A stretch of 64,000 nucleotides of DNA from Halarcobacter sp. (GTDB lineage Bacteria > Campylobacterota > Campylobacteria > Campylobacterales > Arcobacteraceae). The stretch covers positions 544,001-608,000 of the forward strand of contig CP182352.1 in the NCBI GenBank assembly GCA_048571215.1, given 5' to 3'. Below, piece after piece: positions 23,901-29,290 of the stretch. The stretch's first letter is position 1; each line of letters begins with the position of its first letter. The notes under the pieces are model-generated. The model saw only the letters and a program-made list of their open reading frames with translations. It had not been told where the DNA came from and ran no database searches. The translations under genes and the position numbers were made by a program.

Positions 23901-26344
23901 CAAAAGATTTAATAATCAAAGTTATAGGAACAAATGATACTCCAATAGCAAAAGAGGATAATGCAGAAGTAATAGAGAATGGAACATTAACAATACAAGC
24001 AATAGATATATTATCAAATGATATAGATGTAGATGAGAATGATGTCTTAACAATAACAGATGTAAGTGGCGTAGAAAATAAAGGAGTAGTTAGTTTAGTA
24101 GATGGTAATGTAGTGTTTGAGACAGGGGAAGACTTTGATTATCTAGCAGAAGGTGAGAGTGAAGAGGTTATACTAACATATGAGATGCAAGATGATAAAG
24201 GGGCAAGTTCAAGTTCAACAATAACAGTAACAGTAAGTGGAACAAATGATGCACCAGTTATTTCAACAATTCAAACTGTAGATATATTAGAAGATGCAAA
24301 TATCTTAAACGGACAAATAGAAGCAAGAGATGTAGATAATAACTCAAGTCTAATATTTACAACAATGCAAACAGTTGCAGGGTTTACATTAAATGAAGAT
24401 GGAAGTTATAGCTTCGATTCAAGTAATGAAGAATATCAAAGTTTGAGCCAAGGAGATGTGAAAGAGATAATTATTCCAATTACAGTTACAGATGAAAATG
24501 GAAGTGCTGATACAAAAGATTTAATAATCAAAGTTATAGGAACAAATGATACTCCAATAGCAAAAGAGGATAATGCAGAAGTAATAGAGAATGGAACATT
24601 AACAATACAAGCAATAGATATATTATCAAATGATATAGATGTAGATGAGAATGATGTCTTAACAATAACAGATGTAAGTGGCGTAGAGAATAAAGGAGTA
24701 GTTAGTTTAGTAGATGGGAATGTAGTGTTTGAGACAGGGGAAGACTTTGATTATCTAGCAGAAGGTGAGAGTGAAGAGGTTATACTAACATATGAGATGC
24801 AAGATGATAAAGGGGCAAGTTCAAGTTCAACAATAACAGTAACAGTAAGTGGAACAAATGATGCACCAATAATTAGTCAACCATTAGAAAACATTGAATT
24901 AAATCAAGAGTTAATCAAAGAGGGTCAAATTATTGCAACAGATATTGATGGGGATGTTTTAGCTTATTCTATTTTAAGTCAATCAGAGCATGGAAATTTA
25001 AAAGTTAATGAAGATGGAAAATGGATATATGAGGTGGATCCTACATACAAAGGAAATGATAGTGCTATTATTTTAATAGATGATTTAAATGGTGGTACTG
25101 TAACAAAAACATTGAATTTTATAGTTAATAATAATCCAATTAATGGTTCTAATAGATCAGAATTTTTATTTGGGAGTTATAAAAATGATATTATTAATGG
25201 CTTAGCTGGAAATGATTATATATATGCATTTAATGGAGATGATATAGTATTTGGTGGATTAGGAAATGATAAAATCTTTGGATATGCGGGTAATGATACC
25301 TTATATGGTGAAGAAGGATCAGATAGAATAAATGGATATACAGGTGATGATATTATTTCAGGAGGTTTAGGTAATGATAGTATTGATGGGTATTCAGGAA
25401 ATGACACTTTGTATGGGGATGAAGGTGATGATATAATAAATGGATATACAGGAAATGATATTATATTTGGAGGAAGTGGTAACGACTATCTTAATGGCTC
25501 ATATGGAAGTGATACCTATGTTTATAATTTAGGAGATGGTAAAGATACAATTGTTGAATTCCAGAATTATTGTTTAGATGATATAAATATCATTAAATTT
25601 GGTGAAGGAATTGAATCAGATAAAATTAAATTTGTAAAAGAATCTAACGATTTAATAATAAAAATTAATGAGAATGATTCAATTTTAATTGATAATTGGT
25701 TTATCTCATTTAATAAATATAAGATAGATAAATTAATGTTTTCTAACGGTTCAGTAATATCTGCACAAAATATTGAAGATAAAATTATTATAGAAGGAAC
25801 AGAAAATAGAGATAATCTATATGGTTCTAATTCTAATGATAAAATTTATGCTTTAGAAGGTAATGATAGAATCTACGCATATAGTGGAGATGATATTTTA
25901 AATGGTGGAAGAGGTGATGATATCTTGAAAGGTGGAAATGGAGATGATACTTATGTCTTTGGTTTAGGAGATGGAAATGATACTATTAAAGAAGAAAAAT
26001 CATTTTTTAGATATTTTAATCTAAGTGGAAATGATACAGTTTTATTTGAAGAAGGAATAAGTAGTTCAGATATAATGTTTAACTGGTATAGAAATGATTT
26101 AATCATTAGTTACTCTGATAATGATAGTATAGAAATCAAAAATCAAAGAAAAAATAAGCTAGATATAGAAAATATTAAACTTTCAGATGGAAGTTATTTA
26201 ACAAATAATGATGTAGAAAATCTTATTCAAAATATGATTTCATTTGCAGCAGAAAATGGAGTAGATTTGACAAATAGAAATGAAGTTCAAAATAATAGTG
26301 AGCTTATGAATATTGTTAATAATTCTTGGCATAGTGCTTCTTAG
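5978..26344 (+). CDS. Giant RTX calcium-binding T1SS substrate (6788 aa): unique N-terminus, hydrophobic Gly/Ala segment, FrpC-like self-processing module(s), many GGxGxD repeats, VCBS/cadherin-like Ig repeats
   Basis: Numerous GGxGxDxL nonapeptides with DTYxFxxGxGxD modules; D427-P428 DPLVLDTNKDG; NDAP/NDTP Ig repeats; no Sec signal; hlyB and hlyD upstream. Confidence 0.92.
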   Translation: MALSYEEAVELLKGFDSKEKLSELIKNLDVDADGDKTILYSGYNLNDSKDKAILDALINDPNNRILDKTDASRFLNEALNDTSEVYNEFKRILGDEPDIYGSNANEFLFGKYDADGKRLSKGAWDTISENFVKKAPSGSELDIYVNKNAKPDRVFFATEWEVVKDSNKFTKINGFDRSIMTSNLTTNEAFMKIQTLTAQKQRTLEALNNIDGRNLNINDIDNMKIVQVMNNTDGKYSKYIDLFIEKDLNTIDTNIKKYTDSINYKSIFKGLGVVGDAIEIGFVINQVIQAYKAGDEEGAKDAMIDWAVETTGGAAGAYVGGVVGGLAVAAATVLGVTVAAPAAFIIIAGASIYGAFKGTELAKYLYDEFDNIYEQMDDFVQKLSKLSFQSILDLMGVGNLDLDNPDNPNHNFLDLIPRILRPPVKIDPLVLDTNKDGFITNIPLGQSNAYFDITGDGIRENITWVGSEDGILVYDKNQNNVIDGISEVFGNGGTNIYSIGAFGFVQDMASLLNGSILGTIDNSTLNESLNGFDELKFVVDTNGDGKVDRKDELYNQLQIWNDTNGDGRASKDELSYLSDANIKSIDLDYMNTNIELAGLTLSQVARYTDSNGDEELAADLDLEYNPILTTVDIEDIPDFSVDPITNQLPHLKGYGLLIDTFISYNINDELKNKAIELSQDISKVATKFDEFIEIWSGYRGYINSIKEKYSLQGDIEFSDIDKKAWIAERLVNTQVYTPRIEKEFEDICKDYKEKDVSDVIVKTIVPSGNLTNYYNEYYHEELIQRYEGAFALNAFYSFEDLNYDSTNGRFIVDDTKVDSFYIQLSDYFNSENNSLEEKIYLAKIMNMQRGRFILFEDEVILDSINDTTTKELLQKSFFQDDRTIHVYEDNVNLNQDDAVFIGSNEDEIIKLSGDNTTAITSKGDDVIISAQGDNKYIFRAGDGNDVIYDVQGHDSIVFDGILKQDVSFSYENGDLIISYGDDRVVVQGWIYSKNRIENIMFQNDEVVTSDEIVSQLMISQDADYIEASLSNDTIDALSGDDTVLGLEGDDTLIGNKGDDTLQGGLGDDTYIFNIGDGKDTIYDVEGNDTLTFGENILKDDLIIKLIENDLIIAIKEDGKTFEELVDKITIKDWELLPTRVEKIKFFDGSSLGVQDIYLPTENDDNLIFANDSVDIDMLGGNDILSTGDADDIVFGNSGNDSLTTGLGDDTLDGGLGDDILNGGLGDDTYLYAKGDGEDIIDDSYYFGHNNSRSKYAGDDTLRFSEGISIDDLEVQLNGDDIVIGIKEDGKTFEEYIDTITIKNWLDKDKTIENIQLSDGSKVKLQDLQQATEFDDVLIYDSDDIVVDALAGNDLILTGDGNNTIYAGAGEDEIRTGKGDDVLYGGLGNDNLIASGGNDILEGGKHSDNLEGGNGNDTYIFNRGDGSDIIYDNYISTWLKLQVNAGNDTLKFGEGISSTDLIAKIVDSDLIIGIKKDEKTFEELTDKITIKDWTNSNNRVENLRLYDGSVVRFDSILQATVNDDYLVFGDEGVSIDGLAGNDEISTGNGDDIVLGGKGNDILITSDGNDILNGGLGDDILYGGSGKDTYIFNKGDGVDTIYDTHSAYNREDEKDDIISFGNDILSEDIVAKLVGKDMILAIKVDGIDFENLNDKIIIKDWTVSDNRRVEYAVFNDGTKVSVENLQSATLEDDNLVYDSEVTIDALAGDDKVVTSDGDDTLIGGKGDDVLLGQLGDDNYVFNRGDGQDTIKDTGGVDIISFGSDIVDSDLVFRRDADDLLIGLHEDGKSFSQLDDKLIIKDWFLLNNNIESIEFFDGSSISSATLAGYFVKDNIPGLIYSKPGAILFGEGGDDTYVYNKGDFTVTIEDSIFEEEIEVDAGNDKLILSGGINIDDVVFSTFGDDLIINIINQKDTYEELKDRVIIKNWQNENCGIEQIIFSNGETLDVDKTEVYEIDTTFKEEWYPVNHYIYGDNDNEISRDSNVIIEANSGNDIVTTFGGDDKLYGGEGDDTLIANKGKDFLDGGIGNDQLQAGGENDTYFYGRGYGHDTITDEYFFYSSNQDAGIDTIRFQSGIDLNDLIFQQYNCDLIIAIKEDGKSFSELTDKLTIKNWNDTNYKIESFIFSDGTYIDYHAVFDLMDKSFDDYISTSEKAESVTEELSLGFFNAVSDIAALGEDADKLTEVSVDLVGEILNMENVNANDEIYGGEGDDTIITREGTDILDGGIGNDRLEGGRRNDVYIFGRGYGHDSILDEYNYYSLDQDGGNDVIKFKEGIVASDLIFKQNNNNLIIAIKENGKDFDELSDKLTIENWNDTNYTIENLVFSDGSSLGKSDIHSLMLTEGDDIITTSKNVDFSFYSLASIFFNPDKSIPILESFDAHDTIYGGLGNDTISTGEGNDTLSGGEGIDILKGGGQNDTYIFGKGYGQDIILDEYFNYIGIQNAGDDKLIIDSGLSVNDLIFKQLDNDLCIGIKEDGKSFEELLDKLTITNWNDTYYGIENIVFEDGTILSRDDIRSIMIKNEDDVISTGENGRNYGKDIIVGGEGNDIITTRKGNDTLDGGIGNDILKGGEADDTYIFAKGYGTDQIIDVGSYYNYDADGDIDTINFIGGLTQEDLVFKQIDNDLIIGIKEDGKIFDELTDKLTITNWNNKYYTIENFIFSNGIIITKDDMYNLMDKTRDDSINTGNGADTIYAGEGNDIISTNGGNDVVYGGNGNDTINAGKGDDVIQGGLDNDIYVFNIGHGQDTIVDNTGKNIISFGDNIDSSQISYAKYGNDLLILKSDSIDKIVVKNWFINNNELEIQFADKTILDSNQILLNLIDGNNSEFDGENIFSSSENITIHGETGNDTYIYNKGDSCLVIEDKYDIDGTEVQSGVDKLILNGEINSSDIMINQYKDDLVIKINYDETVDLSLQDYILIKNWKNENQGVEKIIFSNGETLELDKTFIYDETTLNENLLPSNKHLYGYEDNDITGDNSSEIFFLGKGNDNINSGYGNDTLDGGAGNDQLNGWGDNDTYIFGRGYGEDTIIDYRITSLSGQLVSGGSDTIQFNEGITADDLIFMQQNNELVIGIKEDGKTFAELSDKLTITNWQDVHYRIENIKFYDNSSLSFEDIQSSFIVSSDDSISTNGGSDIVYGGKGNDNINSGYGNDTLDGGAGNDQLNGWGDNDTYIFGRGYGEDTIIDYRITSLSGQLVSGGSDTIQFNEGITADDLIFMQQNNELVIGIKEDGKTFAELSDKLTITNWNDSYYSIENFVFDNGITLLKEEIQSLIISPNDDIINMSNRNDTIYSGTGNDTIYSGSGDDTIYSGSGEDYLYGENGSDYLYAGEDDDILEGGVGSDYLYGENGSDTYVFKSGHGQDIIVDNLGKHILIFDSNVSKENFIFKKFSNDLFILKDNSADNVVIKDWFINNNELEIKIINETIITTEYILSNIIDGDLEAENTANTLYSISDTILHGELGNDTYSYNIGDGIILIDDQYNINGNEVQAGYDKLKFTGNITMDDLVFEKYNNDLIIKVNYNELVDDSLQDVIIIRNWQNNNQGIEEIIFNNGGSLTIDKTNSYKDTTFDINLIPQNKHLFGYEDNIFDGNNYDEVIFTDNGNDTINSGFGNDTLDGGSGDDQLNGSRGDDIYVFGRGYGQDTIVDHYRHYTGNNAGNDTIQFKEGITADDLIFMQNNSDLIIAIKEDGKIFEELVDKITVKNWTDLYDSMENFSFSDGSSLTKEDVQLSMISPNDDVMNGGDGDEVFYGKVGNDTINSGHGNDTLDGGSGDDQLNGSRGDDIYVFGRGYGQDTIVDHYRHYTGNNAGNDTIQFKEGITADDLIFMQNNSDLIIAIKEDGKIFEELVDKITVKNWNDQYDSIETLKFVDGTELLRDEIFPLMIGNNDDVINTTSEANQLLYGKEGNDTISSAGGNDIVYGGIGNDTINSGHGNDTLDGGEGDDTISSADGDDIVYAGIGNDTINSGHGDDTLDGGAGDDTINSSDGNDIIFSGIGNDIINSGNGNDTLDGEAGDDQLNGWKGNDAYIFGRGYGHDTISEFIGSYMSSLYANNLGNDTIQFSEGITITDLIFMQKDSDLIIAIKEDSKEFEELNDKLIIKNFTNAKFSIENFTFSNGDILIKEDILPLIITNNDDNILGGNGDDILNGGIGDDILNGLGGNDIYTFSRGDGKDIIFDFINFYGDGNTINSGGNDTIQFSEGIMADDLIFIKDDYDLVIGLKENGKTFEELNDKITISSFFLSPFYRIEKIEFISDSENNIENLPLFILKPTNDDDILKYTSNSEVVNALAGNDIIYTYEGDDTIYGESGDDTIYGGSGADTIDGGTEDDTIYAESGDDTIYGGSGADTIDSGRGDDTIYGGSGDDIIDSGSEADTIDGGSGDDTINGGSGDDTYLFGIGSGKDTILDIKVSYGGNYFGGSDSIQLKEGITVDDLIFMQEDNDLIIAIKEDGKAFEELSDKLILTNWQDEDYRIENIKFSDGTLLTSENILSYLPNPIYGTNLDDTLSSENNENTNLIFYGLDGNDEIYAGEGDDILNGGVGNDYLEGGIGSDTYIFEKGFGEDIVSDYTYYNDINTIKFGEGIYKDNLIFTKTDYESLEITFNIEGMETDKLIIEEFYNEFGIGKIEFTSDNTNNIDDFISFMFEKPATSGDDILVYTDKDNSDNINIVDGLEGDDIIYTNSGDDILNGGIGDDELYAGEGDDILNGGVGYDYLEGGIGSDTYIFEIGSGYDFIYDEGDINSTDAIRFGEGILKEHLIFENDFGNLQITFSKEGMENDILIIGGFHNFYNIYEQRNRIEKIEFLSDSTNNIDNLISYIFEKPTTNGDDIVEYLDKENSDNIDIIDGLDGNDMIFTHSGDDILNGNSGEDYLNGGNGNDILEGGLDNDYLYGEKGDDTYVFSRGDGLDSIVDEVVYIEDEDSDIYFDGGNDTIQFKGDITVDDLIIKLVESDLMLGRRTDLVIGLKEDGVAFESLSDKITIANWQDANYRVENIKFSDGTLLTFTDDQANYTLTEPTQSTPPIVLDMNLNGITSVSLEDSTAYFDYAADGQREHTAWIENGDALLVADLNNDGVINDGSELFGNYTKLSDGTLASDGYEALAQYDSNSDSIIDYKDNNYSKLSLWNDLNHNGKTDAGELQNIQLSTIRAIHLTNTENTIFEQVTENGNLITNETIYETNTDNGKVRDIWFEYDETDYITNNDTLQASNTQKYLSLKDGNDTYIYSLGDGLVTIDDAGDGEDTLKFTQDIKKEQIEVRWNKNSDDIILAIRPTIDDTTAVTELEDQILIKNWFNDSGSIETVEFSDGTILNKEQLFEILTSKKDSSPIITRVLSENGQLEGGIFNDVLYGSTGSELLDGKDGHDYLKGLDGDDQIVGGRGDDTHFGGKGDDLSLDISGDEYYIFNRGDGQDTIIDASGNDLIIFGSDISIDDLIIKQSEENLIIALNEEGVEFDLLKDTITIQNYLVDEYKIENLEFSNGNRINLEEYLNSSVDTEIVLKSFEVNLQEDNSISGSLDVTGNIDGIEFSIETISENSSLQIDELGNYTYTPNENFNGTEQIIVSVTNDYGETSTATIDFIIEAVNDTPIAKEDSAEVIENGTLTIQAIDILSNDIDVDENDVLTITDVSGVENKGVVSLVDGNVVFETGEDFDYLAEGESEEVILTYEMQDDKGASSSSTITVTVSGTNDAPVISTIQTVDILEDANILNGQIEARDVDNNSSLIFTTIQTVAGFTLNEDGSYSFDSSNEEYQSLSQGDVKEIIIPITVTDENGSADTKDLIIKVIGTNDTPIAKEDNAEVIENGTLTIQAIDILSNDIDVDENDVLTITDVSGVENKGVVSLVDGNVVFETGEDFDYLAEGESEEVILTYEMQDDKGASSSSTITVTVSGTNDAPVISTIQTVDILEDANILNGQIEARDVDNNSSLIFTTIQTVAGFTLNEDGSYSFDSSNEEYQSLSQGDVKEIIIPITVTDENGSADTKDLIIKVIGTNDTPIAKEDNAEVIENGTLTIQAIDILSNDIDVDENDVLTITDVSGVENKGVVSLVDGNVVFETGEDFDYLAEGESEEVILTYEMQDDKGASSSSTITVTVSGTNDAPVISTIQTVDILEDANILNGQIEARDVDNNSSLIFTTMQTVAGFTLNEDGSYSFDSSNEEYQSLSQGDVKEIIIPITVTDENGSADTKDLIIKVIGTNDTPIAKEDNAEVIENGTLTIQAIDILSNDIDVDENDVLTITDVSGVENKGVVSLVDGNVVFETGEDFDYLAEGESEEVILTYEMQDDKGASSSSTITVTVSGTNDAPIISQPLENIELNQELIKEGQIIATDIDGDVLAYSILSQSEHGNLKVNEDGKWIYEVDPTYKGNDSAIILIDDLNGGTVTKTLNFIVNNNPINGSNRSEFLFGSYKNDIINGLAGNDYIYAFNGDDIVFGGLGNDKIFGYAGNDTLYGEEGSDRINGYTGDDIISGGLGNDSIDGYSGNDTLYGDEGDDIINGYTGNDIIFGGSGNDYLNGSYGSDTYVYNLGDGKDTIVEFQNYCLDDINIIKFGEGIESDKIKFVKESNDLIIKINENDSILIDNWFISFNKYKIDKLMFSNGSVISAQNIEDKIIIEGTENRDNLYGSNSNDKIYALEGNDRIYAYSGDDILNGGRGDDILKGGNGDDTYVFGLGDGNDTIKEEKSFFRYFNLSGNDTVLFEEGISSSDIMFNWYRNDLIISYSDNDSIEIKNQRKNKLDIENIKLSDGSYLTNNDVENLIQNMISFAAENGVDLTNRNEVQNNSELMNIVNNSWHSAS
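14921..15706 (+). repeat. Internal duplication of ~320 bp (period 462 bp) in the RTX gene
   Basis: 14921-15244 matches 15383-15706. Confidence 0.85.
16772..17523 (+). repeat. Internal near-identical duplication of ~300 bp (period 453 bp) in the RTX gene
   Basis: 16772-17070 matches 17225-17523 (DHYRHYTGNNAGNDTI module). Confidence 0.85.
22709..24868 (+). repeat. 3.5 tandem copies of a 612-bp (204-aa) unit of two Ig-like (VCBS/cadherin-like) domains
   Basis: AATGATACTCCAATAGC at 22709, 23321, 23933 and 24545; near-identical. Confidence 0.92.
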
Positions 26345-26368
26345 AATCTAGCTTTTAGCTAGGTTCTA
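26342..26368 (+). terminator. Stem-loop at the RTX stop codon
   Basis: TAGAATCTAGCT-TTT-AGCTAGGTTCTA, a 12-bp stem with one G:U; weak U-tail. Confidence 0.5.
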
Positions 26369-26566
26369 TATGATAATTGGTTCTTCTAAGATTGTATAAT
26401 GATTATTAAAAAGATATTAAATATATTAGATATATAAAGATTCTAAAATTTATCTGTCTATAGATTTAGATTAAATTGGTTAAAATCTATAGTATTTTGT
26501 GATTTGTATTACAGAATTAAAGATTCTTTTTTGTAATAATAGTAAAAAATATTTGGATAAAATTAG

Positions 26567-27034
26567 ATGAATACCATAAACACAAATTCAAACTCTTCAT
26601 TATTGTATCTTCAACAGGAGAAGAGTTCTGTAAATAAAAATGTTGAAACAACGCAAGAGACAAATCAAAATACTAAAGAGATAAAAGAAAATAAAAAAGT
26701 ATATGATTTTGAAAATATAACTCCCCATGAAACATATGAATTAGCCCATGAATTATATGAAAGTGGACAAATTGATGTTTTCCAAGTCTCTACACTGATG
26801 ATAATTGGTTTTCAACAAGAATATAATACAAGTAATAAACCTATAGATGTAAATAACAAAGATAATGAAGCTTTTAATCTCTTTGCTGAATTGGATAAAA
26901 AAATATCAAATACAAATGAAAATTTTAGTTATAAAGATCTTAAAGATGCCGCAATAAATCTAATAGAACTACTCAAATCAATAGGGGAAAACTCTTCAAA
27001 TATAAATAAAAATTCTATCGATATATCAATATAA
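26567..27034 (+). CDS. Hypothetical protein
   Basis: 155-aa ORF, Asn-rich N-terminus, YDFENITPxE...LYESGQI segment; no function recognised. Confidence 0.65.
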   Translation: MNTINTNSNSSLLYLQQEKSSVNKNVETTQETNQNTKEIKENKKVYDFENITPHETYELAHELYESGQIDVFQVSTLMIIGFQQEYNTSNKPIDVNNKDNEAFNLFAELDKKISNTNENFSYKDLKDAAINLIELLKSIGENSSNINKNSIDISI

Positions 27035-27129
27035 TATAAAGTTACTATATAGGATTTAAAAAAATATCAAGCTTTTTAAAGAGGTATTAGGCTATAATTA
27101 AGCCTTTATACATAATTTGGAGATAATTA

Positions 27130-27600
27130 ATGAAGATATTAGAAGGTAAATTAAGATTAAATGGTGATGAAAAAGTTGCTATTATTAATGGTAGATTTAA
27201 TCATATCATTACAGATAGATTAGTTGAAGGTGCGAAAGATGCCTTTGTTAGACATGGTGGTGATGAAGCTAATTTAGAACTTCTTTTAGTTCCAGGTGCT
27301 TTTGAGATTCCATTTGCTTTAGAAAAAGCACTTGCAAGTGGAAAATACGATGCAGTTTGTTGTGTTGGTGCAGTTATTCGTGGGGCAACTCCTCACTTTG
27401 ATTATATCTCTGCTGAAGCTACAAAAGGTATTGCTACAGTTGCTTTAAAATATGGAAAACCAGTATCAAATGGTGTTTTAACAACTGATACAATCGAACA
27501 AGCAATTGAGAGAGCAGGAAGTAAAGTTGGAAATAAAGGTGCTGAAGCAATGGTTACAATCATTGAGATGTTAGATTTATATTCTGAGATGGGAAAATAA
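27130..27600 (+). CDS. ribH: 6,7-dimethyl-8-ribityllumazine synthase
   Basis: [43 protein letters not shown] motifs; TATAAT at 27093. Confidence 0.97.
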   Translation: MKILEGKLRLNGDEKVAIINGRFNHIITDRLVEGAKDAFVRHGGDEANLELLLVPGAFEIPFALEKALASGKYDAVCCVGAVIRGATPHFDYISAEATKGIATVALKYGKPVSNGVLTTDTIEQAIERAGSKVGNKGAEAMVTIIEMLDLYSEMGK

Positions 27601-27601
27601 T

Positions 27602-27997
27602 TTGGCAACTAGAACGCAAGCAAGAGAGTCAGTAATAGGATTATTATACGCATACGATTTAGGTAATGAAGGTATTGTAAAATTTATTGATGAGATTTTA
27701 GAAGAAAGAAAGATTAGAAACAAACAAAAAGAGTTTGCCTTAGATTTATTTAATGGGGTAGTTGAAAATATAAAAGAGATAGATGAAGAGATAATTGATC
27801 ACCTAAAGCAAGGTGGTATAAAAGACACAGGTAGTGTTGAAAAATCTATTTTAAGACTTGCTATTTATGAACTAAAGTATAAAAAACTTGAAAGAGCTAT
27901 TGTTATAAATGAAGCTATCGAATTATCAAAAAGATTAGCTTCTGATTCTGCACCTAAATTTATAAATGGTGTGTTAGATAATATCAACAAAGGTTAA
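27602..27997 (+). CDS. nusB: Transcription antitermination factor NusB
   Basis: RTQARE..., ILRLAIYEL, VINEAIELSK, KFINGVLD; follows ribH. Confidence 0.95.
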   Translation: MATRTQARESVIGLLYAYDLGNEGIVKFIDEILEERKIRNKQKEFALDLFNGVVENIKEIDEEIIDHLKQGGIKDTGSVEKSILRLAIYELKYKKLERAIVINEAIELSKRLASDSAPKFINGVLDNINKG

Positions 27998-28000
27998 TTC

Positions 28001-28696
28001 ATGTCTTCTATGAAATTATGTGTATCTTTAGATTTACCAAGTGCAAAAGAAAATTTAGAGTTAGTAAAACAAATAAAAGATTTTGATGTTTGGTTAAAAG
28101 TTGGGCTTAGAAGTTATATAAGAGATGGAAAACCTTTTTTAGAAGAATTAAAAAAAATCAATGCAAATTTTAAAATATTTTTAGATTTGAAACTTCATGA
28201 TATCCCAAATACTATGGCAGATGCAGCACAAGAGATTGCTCAGTTTGGACTTGTAGATATGTTTAATGTACATGCAAGTGCAGGAAAAAGAGCTATGAGT
28301 GATGTTATGGAAAGAATTAAATATATTCCAAATAAACCTTTAGTTATAGCAGTAACTGCCCTTACATCTTTTGATAATGATGAGTTTAAGCATATATATA
28401 ATGAAAATATAGATACAAAAGCAACAAAAATGGCTATTGATACTTTTGAATCTGGTGTAGATGGTGTAGTGTGTTCTGCTTTTGAAAGTCTTGATATCAA
28501 AAATAATACTTCAAAAGAGTTTATCACTCTTTGTCCTGGTATTAGACCTTTTGGTGAAGATGCAGGAGACCAAAGAAGAGTAGCTGATATAAAATTTTCA
28601 AAAGAAAACTCTGTGGATTTTATAGTTGTAGGTAGACCAATTTATAAAGCAGAGAACCCAAATGAGGTAGTAAAAAAGATAGTAGAAAATATATGA
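28001..28696 (+). CDS. pyrF: Orotidine-5'-phosphate decarboxylase
   Basis: FLDLKLHDIPNT, VTALTS, CPGIRP, VVGRPI motifs. Confidence 0.97.
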   Translation: MSSMKLCVSLDLPSAKENLELVKQIKDFDVWLKVGLRSYIRDGKPFLEELKKINANFKIFLDLKLHDIPNTMADAAQEIAQFGLVDMFNVHASAGKRAMSDVMERIKYIPNKPLVIAVTALTSFDNDEFKHIYNENIDTKATKMAIDTFESGVDGVVCSAFESLDIKNNTSKEFITLCPGIRPFGEDAGDQRRVADIKFSKENSVDFIVVGRPIYKAENPNEVVKKIVENI

Positions 28697-28719
28697 TTTT
28701 CTACTATAGATTTTTTATT
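28679..28719 (+). terminator. Intrinsic terminator after pyrF
   Basis: ATAGTAGAAAAT-ATATG-ATTTTCTACTAT perfect 12-bp stem followed shortly by a T-run. Confidence 0.6.
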
Positions 28720-28786
28720 GTAAAAAGCTTAAAAATTAAGACATCTTTAAGTACAAAGTAAGTAGAATTACATCCCAAAATCAAGA

Positions 28787-28877
28787 GGACAAGTGGGTGA
28801 GTTGGCTGAAACCACATCCCTGCTAAGGATGCGTACTGGCAACGGTACCGAGGGTTCGAATCCCTCCTTGTCCGCCA
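28787..28877 (+). tRNA. tRNA-Ser(GCT)
   Basis: GGACAAG/CTTGTCC acceptor stem, CATCC-CTGCTAA-GGATG anticodon arm, long variable arm, GGTTCGAATCC, CCA. Confidence 0.95.
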
Positions 28878-28902
28878 CTAATTATCGAAAATTAGTTTGC
28901 GT

Positions 28903-28979
28903 GGGTCATTAGCTCAGCTGGTTAGAGCACTCGGCTCATAACCGAGTGGTCGAAGGTTCGAGTCCTTCATGACCCACCA
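28903..28979 (+). tRNA. tRNA with CAT anticodon, non-initiator; probably tRNA-Ile2 (lysidine), otherwise elongator Met
   Basis: GGGTCAT/ATGACCC stem with paired G1-C72, CTCGG-CTCATAA-CCGAG arm, GGTTCGAGTCC, CCA. Confidence 0.9.
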
Positions 28980-29072
28980 CTTTTAAAGTTCCATTTTATG
29001 GTCTTTATTGGAAGTTTGCAACTTCATTTTATTTGAGTGTTATTTGGGTAACACTTTTTTTATACTTTAAGT

Positions 29073-29149
<77 letters not shown>

Positions 29150-29212
29150 CTTTATCTTAAACATACTTATCCTAATAGATCTTATTCATACTTATTTTTA
29201 ATTCAATAATAT

Positions 29213-29236
29213 TATATTGTACTAAAGTACAATATA
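29213..29236. promoter_or_regulatory. Perfect 11-2-11 palindrome upstream of the adhesin; candidate operator
   Basis: TATATTGTACT-AA-AGTACAATATA, ~55 bp before ATG 29291. Confidence 0.6.
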
Positions 29237-29290
29237 GAGTTTCTTTTTTTCAGATAAAATATTTGCTATAGAATGATTAGGAGATTAACT

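Noticed and set aside
7044..25407. Small minus-strand or alternative-frame ORFs within the RTX gene
   Set aside because: Low-complexity shadows of GGxGxD codons with no independent evidence.
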